Assembly: GCA_004431415.1 (NCBI GenBank)
Contig: QPMI01000420.1
Coordinates: 62,001 to 126,000, forward strand
Length of the DNA: 64,000 nucleotides
Reading direction: 5' to 3'
DNA from: Cyanophora paradoxa CCMP329
Lineage: Eukaryota > Plantae > Glaucophyta
Under the pieces are notes generated by a model. It was not told the origin of the DNA. It did no database searches and saw nothing but the letters and a program-made list of their open reading frames with translations. The position numbers and the translations under genes were made by a program. Positions 36,838 to 46,958 of this stretch are shown one piece after another (within the stretch, counting starts at the first letter, position 1; each line of letters starts with the position of its first letter).

Positions 36838-37558
36838 ATGGCGTATCTCGAACAAATGGAAGGGATCAGGCGAATCGCTTTGTGTGGAAAGCATGGCGAG
36901 GGCAAGTATGCGCTTATAGATGAAGCCGATTATGATCATGTCATGAAAATAAGCAAGTGGTATTACCATAACCAACGGGATATGCATGGGTTACATTGCT
37001 GGTGTAAAGAAAAACATCGACATGCACAAATGGATTTTCGGACATCAAGAAGGGCACTTTGTTGATCATATCAGTAGAGACAAACTCGATAATCGTCGCT
37101 GTAATCTTAGATTCTTAACACCGCAAGACAGCGTATTTAATACGGGTATGAGAAAAAGAAACAAAACTGGTTTCAAAGGTGTTTGCCAAGAGAAAAGAAC
37201 CGGTCGGTTCAGGGCAAGTATTCAAAAAAGTAGTGTCCCATACAATTTGGGGACGTTTGATACAAAAGAAGAAGCTGCTGCCGCTTACAACCAAAAAGCA
37301 AAAGAGCTATTTGGAGATCTTGCTGTTTTGAATGAGGTAAACCCTGAAATTAAACCAAAACCTCCTCTTTACTCACTGAATACAAGTGGATTTCGTGGTG
37401 TGACTGAAACAGCGACTGGAAAATGGGAAGGATGCTTTTCATATAAGAAACAGCGGTGGCGAAAAGTGTGCAACACAAAGGAGGAGGCTGCACTTTTCTA
37501 CAACTCAAAAGCCAAAGAAATTCTCGGTGATAAAGCGATCCTCAATGATGTTGAGTAA
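36838..37558 (+). CDS. HNH endonuclease with two AP2 DNA-binding domains (frameshift near 36970-36990)
   Basis: YALIDEADY...MHKWI...VDHISRDKLDNRRCNLR; NKTGFKGV...FRASI...LGTFDTKEEAAAAYN; NTSGFRGV...TKEEAALFYN. Confidence 0.9.
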
Positions 37559-37615
37559 ATAGAGGGCTGTCGCGTTTCGTAATTTTTATTTTGTTTCTTA
37601 TAAGGGAAAGCAAAT

Positions 37616-38539
37616 ATGACTGGAAACGTGAGTATAGAAGATCTTCCGGAATTCGACCCGGCAAGTCTTTCATTCCCTTGCCGTTTACTCGCTGTCGGAA
37701 AAACGGGAGTAGGTAAGTCAGTATTCCTCAAATACCTGCTTTACCACAACGAGGACAAGATAGATTCGGTGATGATATTCGCTTCCACGATCTGGAACCA
37801 TCAATATGACAATGTCACATCGTATTTGTATGAGGATTTCGATCATAAGCTGATCGACAATATAATACAGAAACGCAAGGAGCGAATCAAGAAAAAGGAG
37901 AAAGTCGGTAACCTGTTAATCATACTCGATGATTTCATTGACAATCCAAGTCTTTCGATGTCAGGAAGAGGTGAACCTATATTAAATCAGCTATTCACGT
38001 CGGGGCGCCATTTATTCATATCTGTGTGGATTCTGTCACAAAAACTCACTAAGATTTCGCCGACACTTAGGGTTAACTCCGAATATATCTTTCTATTCTC
38101 GCTGCCCAACAGAAAAGAGATGGAGAGTGCTGAGGACGAGTTTAATCCATACGAAAAGCATTGGTTTGAGAAGGTAATGAACGAATACAGTCACAGCTAT
38201 CAGGTTATCTGCATTGACAACTCGAAATATAGCCTGGAATTCTCTGTGGGCAAGGCTGATCCGGTGCCTGACGAATATAAATTCAAGCGGTTCTTTAAAA
38301 AAGCGGTGGAAGAGATAAAGCCCGCTGGTAAACAGCCGGTAAAACAGAGCTCCACAGAGGTAAATGGCGACCAACCCCAAACCACCGATATTACGAAACC
38401 TGTGAGTGGAAACGTCGCAACCTTAAAGCGATCCACCAAAAGGATAATCGAAGCCGACCTACTTAAAGACCCCAATCTATTGCTGGCATACCAAGAAAAG
38501 CGCCGCCCAAAATTTGCAAAGAAATTGGGTAAATTTTGA
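37616..38539 (+). CDS. A32-like (FtsK-HerA) DNA packaging ATPase
   Basis: Walker A GKTGVGKS, Walker B LLIILDD, and LFTSGRHLFISVWILSQ...PTLRVN. Confidence 0.93.
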   Translation: MTGNVSIEDLPEFDPASLSFPCRLLAVGKTGVGKSVFLKYLLYHNEDKIDSVMIFASTIWNHQYDNVTSYLYEDFDHKLIDNIIQKRKERIKKKEKVGNLLIILDDFIDNPSLSMSGRGEPILNQLFTSGRHLFISVWILSQKLTKISPTLRVNSEYIFLFSLPNRKEMESAEDEFNPYEKHWFEKVMNEYSHSYQVICIDNSKYSLEFSVGKADPVPDEYKFKRFFKKAVEEIKPAGKQPVKQSSTEVNGDQPQTTDITKPVSGNVATLKRSTKRIIEADLLKDPNLLLAYQEKRRPKFAKKLGKF

Positions 38540-38562
38540 ATAAATTTCTCGCATAATGATAA

Positions 38563-39234
38563 ATGCCACCCAAGAACTCGCGGAAAGCTATCCAAATGGA
38601 AGATCAAAGCGCTGTTGTCGCTGGCAAGATTAATCCTGCGGAGGATGCCGGTCGCACTGGCGGTGCTGCCGCTTCTGACCAAATAGATTTCGATCTGATT
38701 GACCCGAATACAAAGGTTTCAGAGCGTGCTCAAAAGGCGGATGCTAAGCGGGAGCCGGTCGATTCCACTGATAGAAAGCTGGCGGATCAATCCCTCGCTG
38801 AATCACAGCTCACAGGCGAAAAGCTTACTGATAACAAGGTGGTAAAAGCCGAAGCAACAGCCGCTTTACCTGCATCGATGGAAGCGCCCAAAAAGCGGGC
38901 ATCTGTCTATGTGACCAAGGGCGAGAAAGTCGGTCAGGAATTAGAGGAGAAGTTTAGGGCACTGGAAGCGCGTTTAGCTACATACGACACTACTGTGAGA
39001 GCCTTTGATGATTTCACTAAGGAATACAAACAGCGCAAATTGATTAAACAAGCTGTTCGCGTGGAAATGGAAAAGAAGCGGGCAACTGTTCCCGATGTTC
39101 AGACAGTCGAAAGAAAAGAGACAGTCATAGCTGAAAATGCACCAAAGCCGGGCGCTTTCATTAACCCATCGGGTGTGCATGCACAGCCGGGTGCCAATCT
39201 GTCATCTATGTTTGGTGGGCGTCGTCGCTTCTAA
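38563..39234 (+). CDS. Hypothetical charged/coiled-coil viral protein
   Basis: 223-aa ORF with the shared upstream AAATTTCTC motif. Confidence 0.7.
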   Translation: MPPKNSRKAIQMEDQSAVVAGKINPAEDAGRTGGAAASDQIDFDLIDPNTKVSERAQKADAKREPVDSTDRKLADQSLAESQLTGEKLTDNKVVKAEATAALPASMEAPKKRASVYVTKGEKVGQELEEKFRALEARLATYDTTVRAFDDFTKEYKQRKLIKQAVRVEMEKKRATVPDVQTVERKETVIAENAPKPGAFINPSGVHAQPGANLSSMFGGRRRF

Positions 39235-40221
39235 TGTGCAAATCGTTCAAACATAAATGAATCCGCCCGTATTTAGAGCGGGTCTTAATATGAATTCCCT
39301 TGCAAAAGGGACATGTCGGCTCCACAAACACCATTATAAGGTCGACTAATTCGTATGGGAACACGCGAGCAAGTAACACCCTCATTCCCTTTTCTTTTCT
39401 CCAATATTTAATACGTTGTGCAATATTAGGGTCGATGAATTTCATCACACAATGCATTGAGATGTTTCACCTGCATTTCACAAGCACGTGCCACAACTCC
39501 TGCTGCGACACAACCGTAGAGGTTGACATTTCTGACGAGGATAATGGAGGTAGGCGACTCTCTGTATATTCCAACCACAGCGAAAATCACGATCGCCCCC
39601 GATCTCGATCGCCCTCGCCTGTGCCCGCTGACTCCAATATAATCCCACAGACAGCAATAGAAGACGTGCAAGTATCCTATATACGGCGCCGGTCGTGCCC
39701 TAATTTCATAGAAGGTCATATTCGCGTTGATTCGCCATATCCGCCAATTAATCCGCTTTATTTGGGCGAATACGATCGCTGAAACAATTTTCGCGGTAAA
39801 TAGTATCGAATGCCCGACCCCGATCTCTACGCGATCCTATACAGGAAACGCGCGCAATACGCATTGGAAGCCGCTATTAAAAAACGTAGAGAAGAGCTCG
39901 CTTCGGTCACAAAAAATGACAGCTCAGAAAATGATTTAAAGAAGAAACAGGAAAGACCACTGATAAAAATATTTTCTCAGCTTAAAGTAAGGTAAACCAA
40001 TGGAGACGCATGCTATGACTGTGTATGATAAGAACGGGAACCCGGTAGATCTCGATAAGGCGGGCTGGCGTGTCAGGGATATATATAAACAGCGGATGCG
40101 CTATAACGACGATCCCGAATATCGCGAATTAAAAAAGAAAAAGGCGCTGGAATATTACTATCGTCGCAAGCAAGAAGAGGGCATTCACAGTGGAAACCGC
40201 GGGCGACCCCGCAAGTATTGA
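39206..40221. CDS. Cluster of small hypothetical ORFs (39206-39457 minus, CxxC; ~39436-39782, 39810-39995 and 40000-40221 plus, the last ending RGRPRKY, AT-hook-like)
   Basis: Tightly packed ORFs; several are preceded by the element's promoter-like motif. Confidence 0.5.
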
Positions 40222-40400
40222 ACGCAATCCGCCGCTGAATCCATTCCTTATTTTTCAAGCGGCTTTCCGATGCATATCGGCAAGCTCCCCAATCGTTTTT
40301 AGTCATCGGGAAAAAATTTGTAGGGCATTTAAAGACAACTCGCCAAAATTTGATCAGCCTAAGAAAAATTAATTTCTTGCATAAAGGTAGAAAGCGACAA

Positions 40401-42746
40401 ATGGACACCAAAAGTAAATCGATGCTCACCAAACTCACTAAGTGGCTTCGTTCGACCGATGAGCTGGCTCAAAACCTCCTTATTCCGGTCGATCCTGTAA
40501 CCAAACAACCTGAATTTCCCCATAAAAATGGAGCCTGGAACTGGAAGAAATACGAGGACGCCGTTAAGGAAAACAGGTATATTGCATGGGGAATTCTCGC
40601 TCGCAACATCGTCTGTATTGATTTCGATCAGGAGGAGGATTTCAATAAGTTCGAAGAGCTTTTCCCCAACGATTTCACAGCTGCTATTCCAATCGAGAAA
40701 ACAAGCAAGGGTTATCATGTGTTCTTCGCTCGACCTCCCAAGTTCGATGAGCTGAAACTGTTTGACAAACCCGGAGCTTTCCGGGGCTATGATAAGATCG
40801 ATCTGAAAACGGTTTGCTCTACCGGAACTGCCGGGGTAATTAATGTCTGCCCAAGCCCAAACAAGACATGGATCAGGGAGCCATGGGCTGCTGAATGCGA
40901 GTTAATTGAGCCATCTGCGGAATTCCAAAGCTGGATGATTGAGAACTACAAAAAGCCGTTCGTCCGTGACATTGATCAGTCGAAGATACATGGCAATGAA
41001 TTCCTTACAGCTCTCAAAGACAAACTAACTGAGTTCGGGTTCGATTTCCCAACAATCATCAGTCAAACCGAAAATGGCTACAACTTCACAGCTCAGAACA
41101 AAGGCGGAGTCTGCCCCTGCTGCACCAATTCGCATGATAGCAATAGCTGGTATGTGATTAAAATTTCAGATCCCGATGCAAAGGACAAATTCATTGTTTC
41201 GAGTTACAGTTCTCGATGCAAGAAGCGAATTATTGAGGTCAGGACGAAAACTGAAAAGGATACTGAGCTGATAGTTCTCATTGATAAGGCAATTGGATCG
41301 AATGGCGCACACTATGATGTCGCGAAAGTGTCGCATGTAGTTCTCAAAGATGATTATCGCTACTCAAATAAGACCTGGTTCGAGTTTAACAGGGATAATG
41401 GAATCTGGGAGATGGATGACACTGGAAAACGAATTTATCTTGCACTCAGCTGCAAGGTATGCCCTGTGTTTCTGTCTCGCTCATATAGCCTGGGAACAGC
41501 TGCGATGAGGGACGAAGAGAATAGGCAAAGCTTAGAGGAAAAGGCTAAACTCGCTGTGAATATTGGCAAAAATCTCAAACAAACATCCTATCGCACATCT
41601 CTTATTACTGATCTAATTGTTATGTTCAGCGATCCCACATTCTTTGAGAAACTCGATACTGTCACTAATGTCATTGGTTTCGATAATGGGGTCTTTGATA
41701 TTAACACCAAGACATTCAGAAAGGGAAAGCCTACTGATATGGTGAGCAAGACAGTGGGTTACGAGTATATGGCTGTCGACCGTGAGAAAGTAGCGAAAAT
41801 TCAATCAATCTATACGGATATAATCGAAGAATATGAGGAGCGCAATTATATTCTCGGGTCGCTTGCTTTCGCTCTCACAGGTCGCACAGATATTCAGAAG
41901 TTCAATTTCTGGTCTGGAAAGGGCGCAAATGGGAAATCCTGCATTCAAGAGATGGTGAAACAGACTTTCGGCGATTATTTCGGCTCAATCAGCATGAGCT
42001 ATTGGACAAAGCCAAAGAAGAACTCGTCTGATGCCACACCCGAGCTTGCTGCAATTCTGGGCAAACGCATTGTGTTCAGTAATGAGGCGGAGGATGGTGA
42101 CAAGCTCCAAATCAGTAAGATTAAGGAAATCACAGGTGGAAATGAGATGAAGGTTCGCGCTCTCTTTAAGGATCCTGTAACCTTTATTCCCATGTGTCAA
42201 ATATTCCTGTCCACCAATGATAACCTGTCTCTCAGCAAGGCTGACGAAGCTATTTTGCGAAGGCTGGTTTACTACACATTCAAGTGTGTATTTAAGCCGA
42301 ATCCCAAGGAGGGCGAAAAGAAAGCTGATACCAAGCTGATGACTCTATTGCATGATGATGAGTATAAGATGGCGCAAATGTCCATTTTCCTGGATATGCT
42401 CGCCCAACAAGACCTTGCCACTTTGATGCAAAACCCACCCCAATCGATTGTCGACTGTGGCTCTGAGTATTTCGCTGAAAATGATAAGCTCGGCGAATGG
42501 CTCAAAAATACCTATGAGAGGACTGGAAGCCGCGATGACTTTATTTCGAGTGACTCTATTGTGAAGAAATATAGACAGGTCGATGATAAGGCGGAGCCCA
42601 CAACAATTGGAAAGCGAGTTCGCGAGATATTCAATGTTAAATCCGAGCCCAAGCGGGAGAGAGGCGCACTGATGCGCGGCTATTTCGGAATGAAAGCCAA
42701 GATGCACCACCAAAACGAATTTCTAGATGATGATATCGAAGCCTAA
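40401..42746 (+). CDS. Prim-Pol (AEP) primase fused to a Zn-binding region and a D5-like SF3 helicase
   Basis: IVCIDFD, TSKGYHVFF, CPCC..H..N, IGFDNGVFD, Walker A GKGANGKS, RIVFSNE, KEITGG, IFLSTN, AILRRL. Confidence 0.92.
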   Translation: MDTKSKSMLTKLTKWLRSTDELAQNLLIPVDPVTKQPEFPHKNGAWNWKKYEDAVKENRYIAWGILARNIVCIDFDQEEDFNKFEELFPNDFTAAIPIEKTSKGYHVFFARPPKFDELKLFDKPGAFRGYDKIDLKTVCSTGTAGVINVCPSPNKTWIREPWAAECELIEPSAEFQSWMIENYKKPFVRDIDQSKIHGNEFLTALKDKLTEFGFDFPTIISQTENGYNFTAQNKGGVCPCCTNSHDSNSWYVIKISDPDAKDKFIVSSYSSRCKKRIIEVRTKTEKDTELIVLIDKAIGSNGAHYDVAKVSHVVLKDDYRYSNKTWFEFNRDNGIWEMDDTGKRIYLALSCKVCPVFLSRSYSLGTAAMRDEENRQSLEEKAKLAVNIGKNLKQTSYRTSLITDLIVMFSDPTFFEKLDTVTNVIGFDNGVFDINTKTFRKGKPTDMVSKTVGYEYMAVDREKVAKIQSIYTDIIEEYEERNYILGSLAFALTGRTDIQKFNFWSGKGANGKSCIQEMVKQTFGDYFGSISMSYWTKPKKNSSDATPELAAILGKRIVFSNEAEDGDKLQISKIKEITGGNEMKVRALFKDPVTFIPMCQIFLSTNDNLSLSKADEAILRRLVYYTFKCVFKPNPKEGEKKADTKLMTLLHDDEYKMAQMSIFLDMLAQQDLATLMQNPPQSIVDCGSEYFAENDKLGEWLKNTYERTGSRDDFISSDSIVKKYRQVDDKAEPTTIGKRVREIFNVKSEPKRERGALMRGYFGMKAKMHHQNEFLDDDIEA

Positions 42747-42819
42747 TTACAAATGAATTGAAAATGATTACTTTCGTGTGTATTTTTTATAACCTGCGGC
42801 AAATTGTAGTTGTTTACGT

Positions 42820-42910
42820 TGTTACAGGTGTTACAGGTTCATCCCAAACTCGGGAACCGAGACCCCCCTCCTAGGGCGGACTTTGGGATAGACCTGTAAC
42901 ACCTGTAACA
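42820..42910. promoter_or_regulatory. Internal 91-bp iteron palindrome, candidate replication origin
   Basis: Same length and architecture as the four TIR copies; begins ~75 bp after the primase-helicase stop codon. Confidence 0.6.
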
Positions 42911-43021
42911 CTGACCATTTTCAGTAAGCCCCTTTTAATATTTGTGGAACTTTAAACATGAATATGTAAAAATTGATCATGCTATATAAGAGTTCTTTTG
43001 ATTGTTTATAGTGACTTAGAA

Positions 43022-43267
43022 ATGGAGACCTACGATGTTAATGTGATGTCCCGCGATCAATTGATTCGACTCGCTGATTTGGGTGATCCGGATGCAATAG
43101 CCGAATTGCTATGGCGAATGCACCATTTGGATGCAAAGAAACAGAAGCGCCGCGCCCATGTTATTAAAGCTGATAACATTGAGCTCACCGTTATACTTCC
43201 CGAAAATGTAAAGCTCACAGTCCGGAGCGTCACTAAGCTCACTGAACGCGCTGGAATCGTAAAATAA
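43022..43267 (+). CDS. Small hypothetical protein
   Basis: ORF preceded by AAAATTGA (42969-42976) and TATATAA. Confidence 0.55.
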   Translation: METYDVNVMSRDQLIRLADLGDPDAIAELLWRMHHLDAKKQKRRAHVIKADNIELTVILPENVKLTVRSVTKLTERAGIVK

Positions 43268-43289
43268 AAATGTTCCCTTAGAGTAAAAG

Positions 43290-46200
43290 ATGCCCCGCCA
43301 AACTAATCGCCTTATAAAAGAGAAAAAGGACGAAATATTAGGCTTGTTAGGTAGTCTTTTAGTCACTGGGGAGATCACCGAAGCCGAATATGATCGTAGG
43401 GCGGCGATCTTAGATCGAAAACCCCGCTTAGCTAACCTTGGAAATATTGCCGACGAGCTTTACAACCGTTTGGAAAATGTGGAGCGCTTCTATACCGAAG
43501 GGAGGCGCTTAGCCGTCATAGAACCTGATGAGGAAGACGGTTTCGCAATGAATAAAGCATACGCCTGGTATAGCTATAAGGCGGATGAACAGATAATCTT
43601 AGATCCGGTGGAATTTCTCACTACCATCGCTGCAAACCTGCCTGGGCGGCTGAAAGAGAGGCTGGACGAGCTTAAAGCTATTAAGGTGCGCCTTACTTTC
43701 ATCTGCCGATACGTAAAAGTGAGTGATCCTAACGTTTTTATCACCAAACACATTTACAGCGATTATTTCGTAATCACAAGGTCGCGCAATATTCTCACTG
43801 AGTTAGTGGGTGTAGCTCAGCAAATGAATGAACAGATGATACAGGTCGACAGCTACCGGCTCAGTAAATTAGATAAGCTACATGTCGCCGTTTTGTCATA
43901 TGCGCCGATGGGCGGTTGCTACATTGAGACCCCCGAATGGATTGGATTAAAGCGAGCCACAGTAAATATTAAGAATATCGATGGTCACGACTGCTTTAAT
44001 TACGCTATCCTCGCATGGCTGCACAGAAACGACATAAACAGACACAAACGTAACGATCCGTTCCAATATAGGCGGTGGATGACTGAGCTGGACTTCTCAG
44101 GCATTAATTTCCCTGTTGCATGCGACGCTGCATTAATAGATCGTTTCGAGGACAATAATCCCGAGCTGTCAATTAATATATATGGCGCCGACAATGCGAC
44201 CCAAACCTTTTACCCACTGCACATGTCAAGTAATCCGCGTCGTAAATCAAAGGTAAACCTGCTGCTGATCGAGGACGCAAACGGACAGGGTCACTATATC
44301 ACGATAATGTCACTGAGCCGCCTCTTAAAGACCACCTTTGATAAAGCAAACGACGGGCGCATTTTCTACTGCGAAACCTGCTTGTCCCGGTTTAGATCAC
44401 AGGAGAAACTCGATAGCCACACCGACTCTAATCGCTGTATCGATTGGCGGCTGAGTAAAGGTAAATGCCCGGAGCCCGGAAGCTTTATTACTTTCGGACT
44501 GCAACACCTAAGGAAAATGGTGTGGCTTCCTACTGTCTGCTACTGCAAGGTAGAGATGGAGTCGGTGCCGGTTCCTAATGAACCAAATCGAACCAAGCGA
44601 GAGGTAAAGTCGGTGGCACTTAATGTAGTTATGGGCTCGCATGTTGAAAATCACGAATTCGAGGGCGTGGATCCGCTGGGTCAGATGTTTACCACGTTAG
44701 GGGATCTGTGCCGCGAGATGCTTAATACCCTATTTACTAATACACCTATGATTCCGCTCACAGAGGCGCAAAAGCAAGCCTATAAGCTCACCAAGCACTG
44801 CTATATATGCAATCAGCGGTTTACCCACGAAAACTTCCCTGTGCGCGATCACTGTCACCAAAGCGGCGATTATATAGGGAAAGCTTGCCGAAAGTGCAAT
44901 TTACATAGGAGGATCTCAAAGCAAACGAAAGTAGCCGTGGTCATTGATCGGATGGACGAGTGCGGGCATGCTATATTCAGGAAAATCGCACAGCAAGACG
45001 ATAAGCTGCGGGTCGAGATCCTGAGTAAGAATTTCGACGAGTATCTCTCTTTACAGTGGGGACTTTACAAGTTTATAGACGCCTCGAATTTCATGGATTT
45101 TCAGGCGTCCGATGTTAATGATCTCATGGTAAAATTCGGTAAATTCAGCATGCTCGCCCATGAGCAATACGGACTGGATCCCACGCATTATGTGAGCGCA
45201 CCGGGACTATCGTGGGACGCGATGTTAAAGCATACGAGGGTCGCGATAGAACAGATCAGCGATGCGGATCAATACGAATTTATTGAGCGGGCAATTAGGG
45301 GCGGCTTTGCGACCATGCCCACACGATATGCCGAGGCTAATAGCGAGGATAAACATATAGTGCTATTGGATGCGAATAATCTGTATGGCTATGCGCTCAG
45401 TCAGCCTTTACCGGTCGGGGACTATCGCTGGGACGACACAAGCACAGCTTTTACCGAGGTTGTAGGGCGGAGTGCATTTATAGAGGTCGACCTTGCGTAT
45501 CCGGACTATTTAAAGGGCGACCATCGCGATTTCCCGCTTATTGTGAGTAAAGAGGTAATTACTGCGGACATGCTCGGCAAGTATCAGCGTGGGCTTTTGG
45601 AGATTAGCGGCGAGAAGCTCAGTAAAGATCCGAAGCTGATCGCCTCGTTTACCCCGAAATATAATTACGTGGTCTCTCAGCCGATGCTGCTCTATATGGT
45701 AAAAAAGGGGATCGTAGTTACTAAGATCCACCGGGTGCTCTCGTTTGCAACCGCTGCATTTATGAAGCCCTATATAGATCTAAACACGAAACTGCGAAAG
45801 GAAGCCCGGAATAAATTCGAGAGCGACTTCTTTAAATTAATGAATAATGCTATTTACGGTAAATGCCTGGAATCGTGTCGCGGGCGCTCCGTGGTAAAGA
45901 TCGCGAACAGCACGAAGCTGTTTAAGAAATATGCGGCGAGCCCGCTGGTAAAAGCGACGAATGTATTAAACGAAAGCGCTGTTGCATTCGAAATGTATAG
46001 TAAACACGTAAAACTCGATAAACCGGTGGCTATTGGCGCTTATGTGCTGGATGCCGCGAAGCTGCATAATTATAGCTTCTTTTATGACGTGATCCGACCG
46101 ACTTTCTCGCAAGCTCAGCTGCTGTTCCACGATACCGACTCGTTCTGTCTGTATATAGAGAGCGCGGATCTGGAAGCGGGCATGCGAGCGATCAGCCCTT

Positions 46201-46553
46201 ATTTAGATTGCCCTTATAGTCCCGAGAACCGGATGGTTCCCGGTAAATATAAAAATGAGATGCCCGACGTCAAGATAGTGGAGTATGTGGGGCTGCGACC
46301 GAAGCTATATGCTTTCCGCACTGAGAGCTACGACAAGGTAAAAATGAGCGGGACAGCCTCGAAAGAGGTGCATTTCGACGACTTTAAGCGCTGCCTATTT
46401 GACGGGATCACAAAAACAGTAACAGTAGTAAACAAGCAACGGCGATGCCACCACTTATATGATTTGGAGAGCAAGCGGATAGCGCTGACCCAATTCGATA
46501 GCAAGCGCTGCATATCAGGCGACGGCATACATAGCCTTCCATTCGGCTGTTAG
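43290..46553 (+). CDS. Protein-primed family B DNA polymerase (Polinton/adintovirus type) with C2H2 and EndoVII-like Zn domains; exonuclease degenerate
   Basis: GLSWDAMLK, IRGG, DANNLYG, KLMNNAIYGK, HDTDS, RPKLY, DSKR. CYIC...VRDHCHQSG...CRKCNL insert. Confidence 0.93.
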   Translation: MPRQTNRLIKEKKDEILGLLGSLLVTGEITEAEYDRRAAILDRKPRLANLGNIADELYNRLENVERFYTEGRRLAVIEPDEEDGFAMNKAYAWYSYKADEQIILDPVEFLTTIAANLPGRLKERLDELKAIKVRLTFICRYVKVSDPNVFITKHIYSDYFVITRSRNILTELVGVAQQMNEQMIQVDSYRLSKLDKLHVAVLSYAPMGGCYIETPEWIGLKRATVNIKNIDGHDCFNYAILAWLHRNDINRHKRNDPFQYRRWMTELDFSGINFPVACDAALIDRFEDNNPELSINIYGADNATQTFYPLHMSSNPRRKSKVNLLLIEDANGQGHYITIMSLSRLLKTTFDKANDGRIFYCETCLSRFRSQEKLDSHTDSNRCIDWRLSKGKCPEPGSFITFGLQHLRKMVWLPTVCYCKVEMESVPVPNEPNRTKREVKSVALNVVMGSHVENHEFEGVDPLGQMFTTLGDLCREMLNTLFTNTPMIPLTEAQKQAYKLTKHCYICNQRFTHENFPVRDHCHQSGDYIGKACRKCNLHRRISKQTKVAVVIDRMDECGHAIFRKIAQQDDKLRVEILSKNFDEYLSLQWGLYKFIDASNFMDFQASDVNDLMVKFGKFSMLAHEQYGLDPTHYVSAPGLSWDAMLKHTRVAIEQISDADQYEFIERAIRGGFATMPTRYAEANSEDKHIVLLDANNLYGYALSQPLPVGDYRWDDTSTAFTEVVGRSAFIEVDLAYPDYLKGDHRDFPLIVSKEVITADMLGKYQRGLLEISGEKLSKDPKLIASFTPKYNYVVSQPMLLYMVKKGIVVTKIHRVLSFATAAFMKPYIDLNTKLRKEARNKFESDFFKLMNNAIYGKCLESCRGRSVVKIANSTKLFKKYAASPLVKATNVLNESAVAFEMYSKHVKLDKPVAIGAYVLDAAKLHNYSFFYDVIRPTFSQAQLLFHDTDSFCLYIESADLEAGMRAISPYLDCPYSPENRMVPGKYKNEMPDVKIVEYVGLRPKLYAFRTESYDKVKMSGTASKEVHFDDFKRCLFDGITKTVTVVNKQRRCHHLYDLESKRIALTQFDSKRCISGDGIHSLPFGC

Positions 46554-46958
46554 TTGTCTATCTTATCGTGCGTTCTTTTTCTTGGTTTGCGCTCTAATTG
46601 AAGGAGCTGTCGCCTTAGGATATGGAGAAGCCATACGCACTTTAATCCGGGGTCGTCAGGGTCGATTAGGAAGTAATTGGGGATCGGGTGCGCGTCCCAT
46701 ACCGGATCATTCATTTTACTGTTTACTGCACGTTTTTATTGCGCGTTTTGCGGTGTTTATTGTCAGGATTTTCATTAATTATTAAAATCTTGACAATAAA
46801 CGCTCAGGTAGCCTGATTTTATTGACAGTAAACGTGAGAGTCTCACCACGATCGCTGTAAAAATTGAAAGCCCGTGGGCAACGCAAAATGATTTAAGGAG
46901 AACGCGCTACATTTAGGCAACAGGAAAATATTTTCTCAGCTTAAAGTAAAAGGCGACA

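Noticed and set aside
39206-39457. F-box-like motif (FPYELVDLIMVFV) in a small viral ORF
   Set aside because: The match is too short to support without a profile search.
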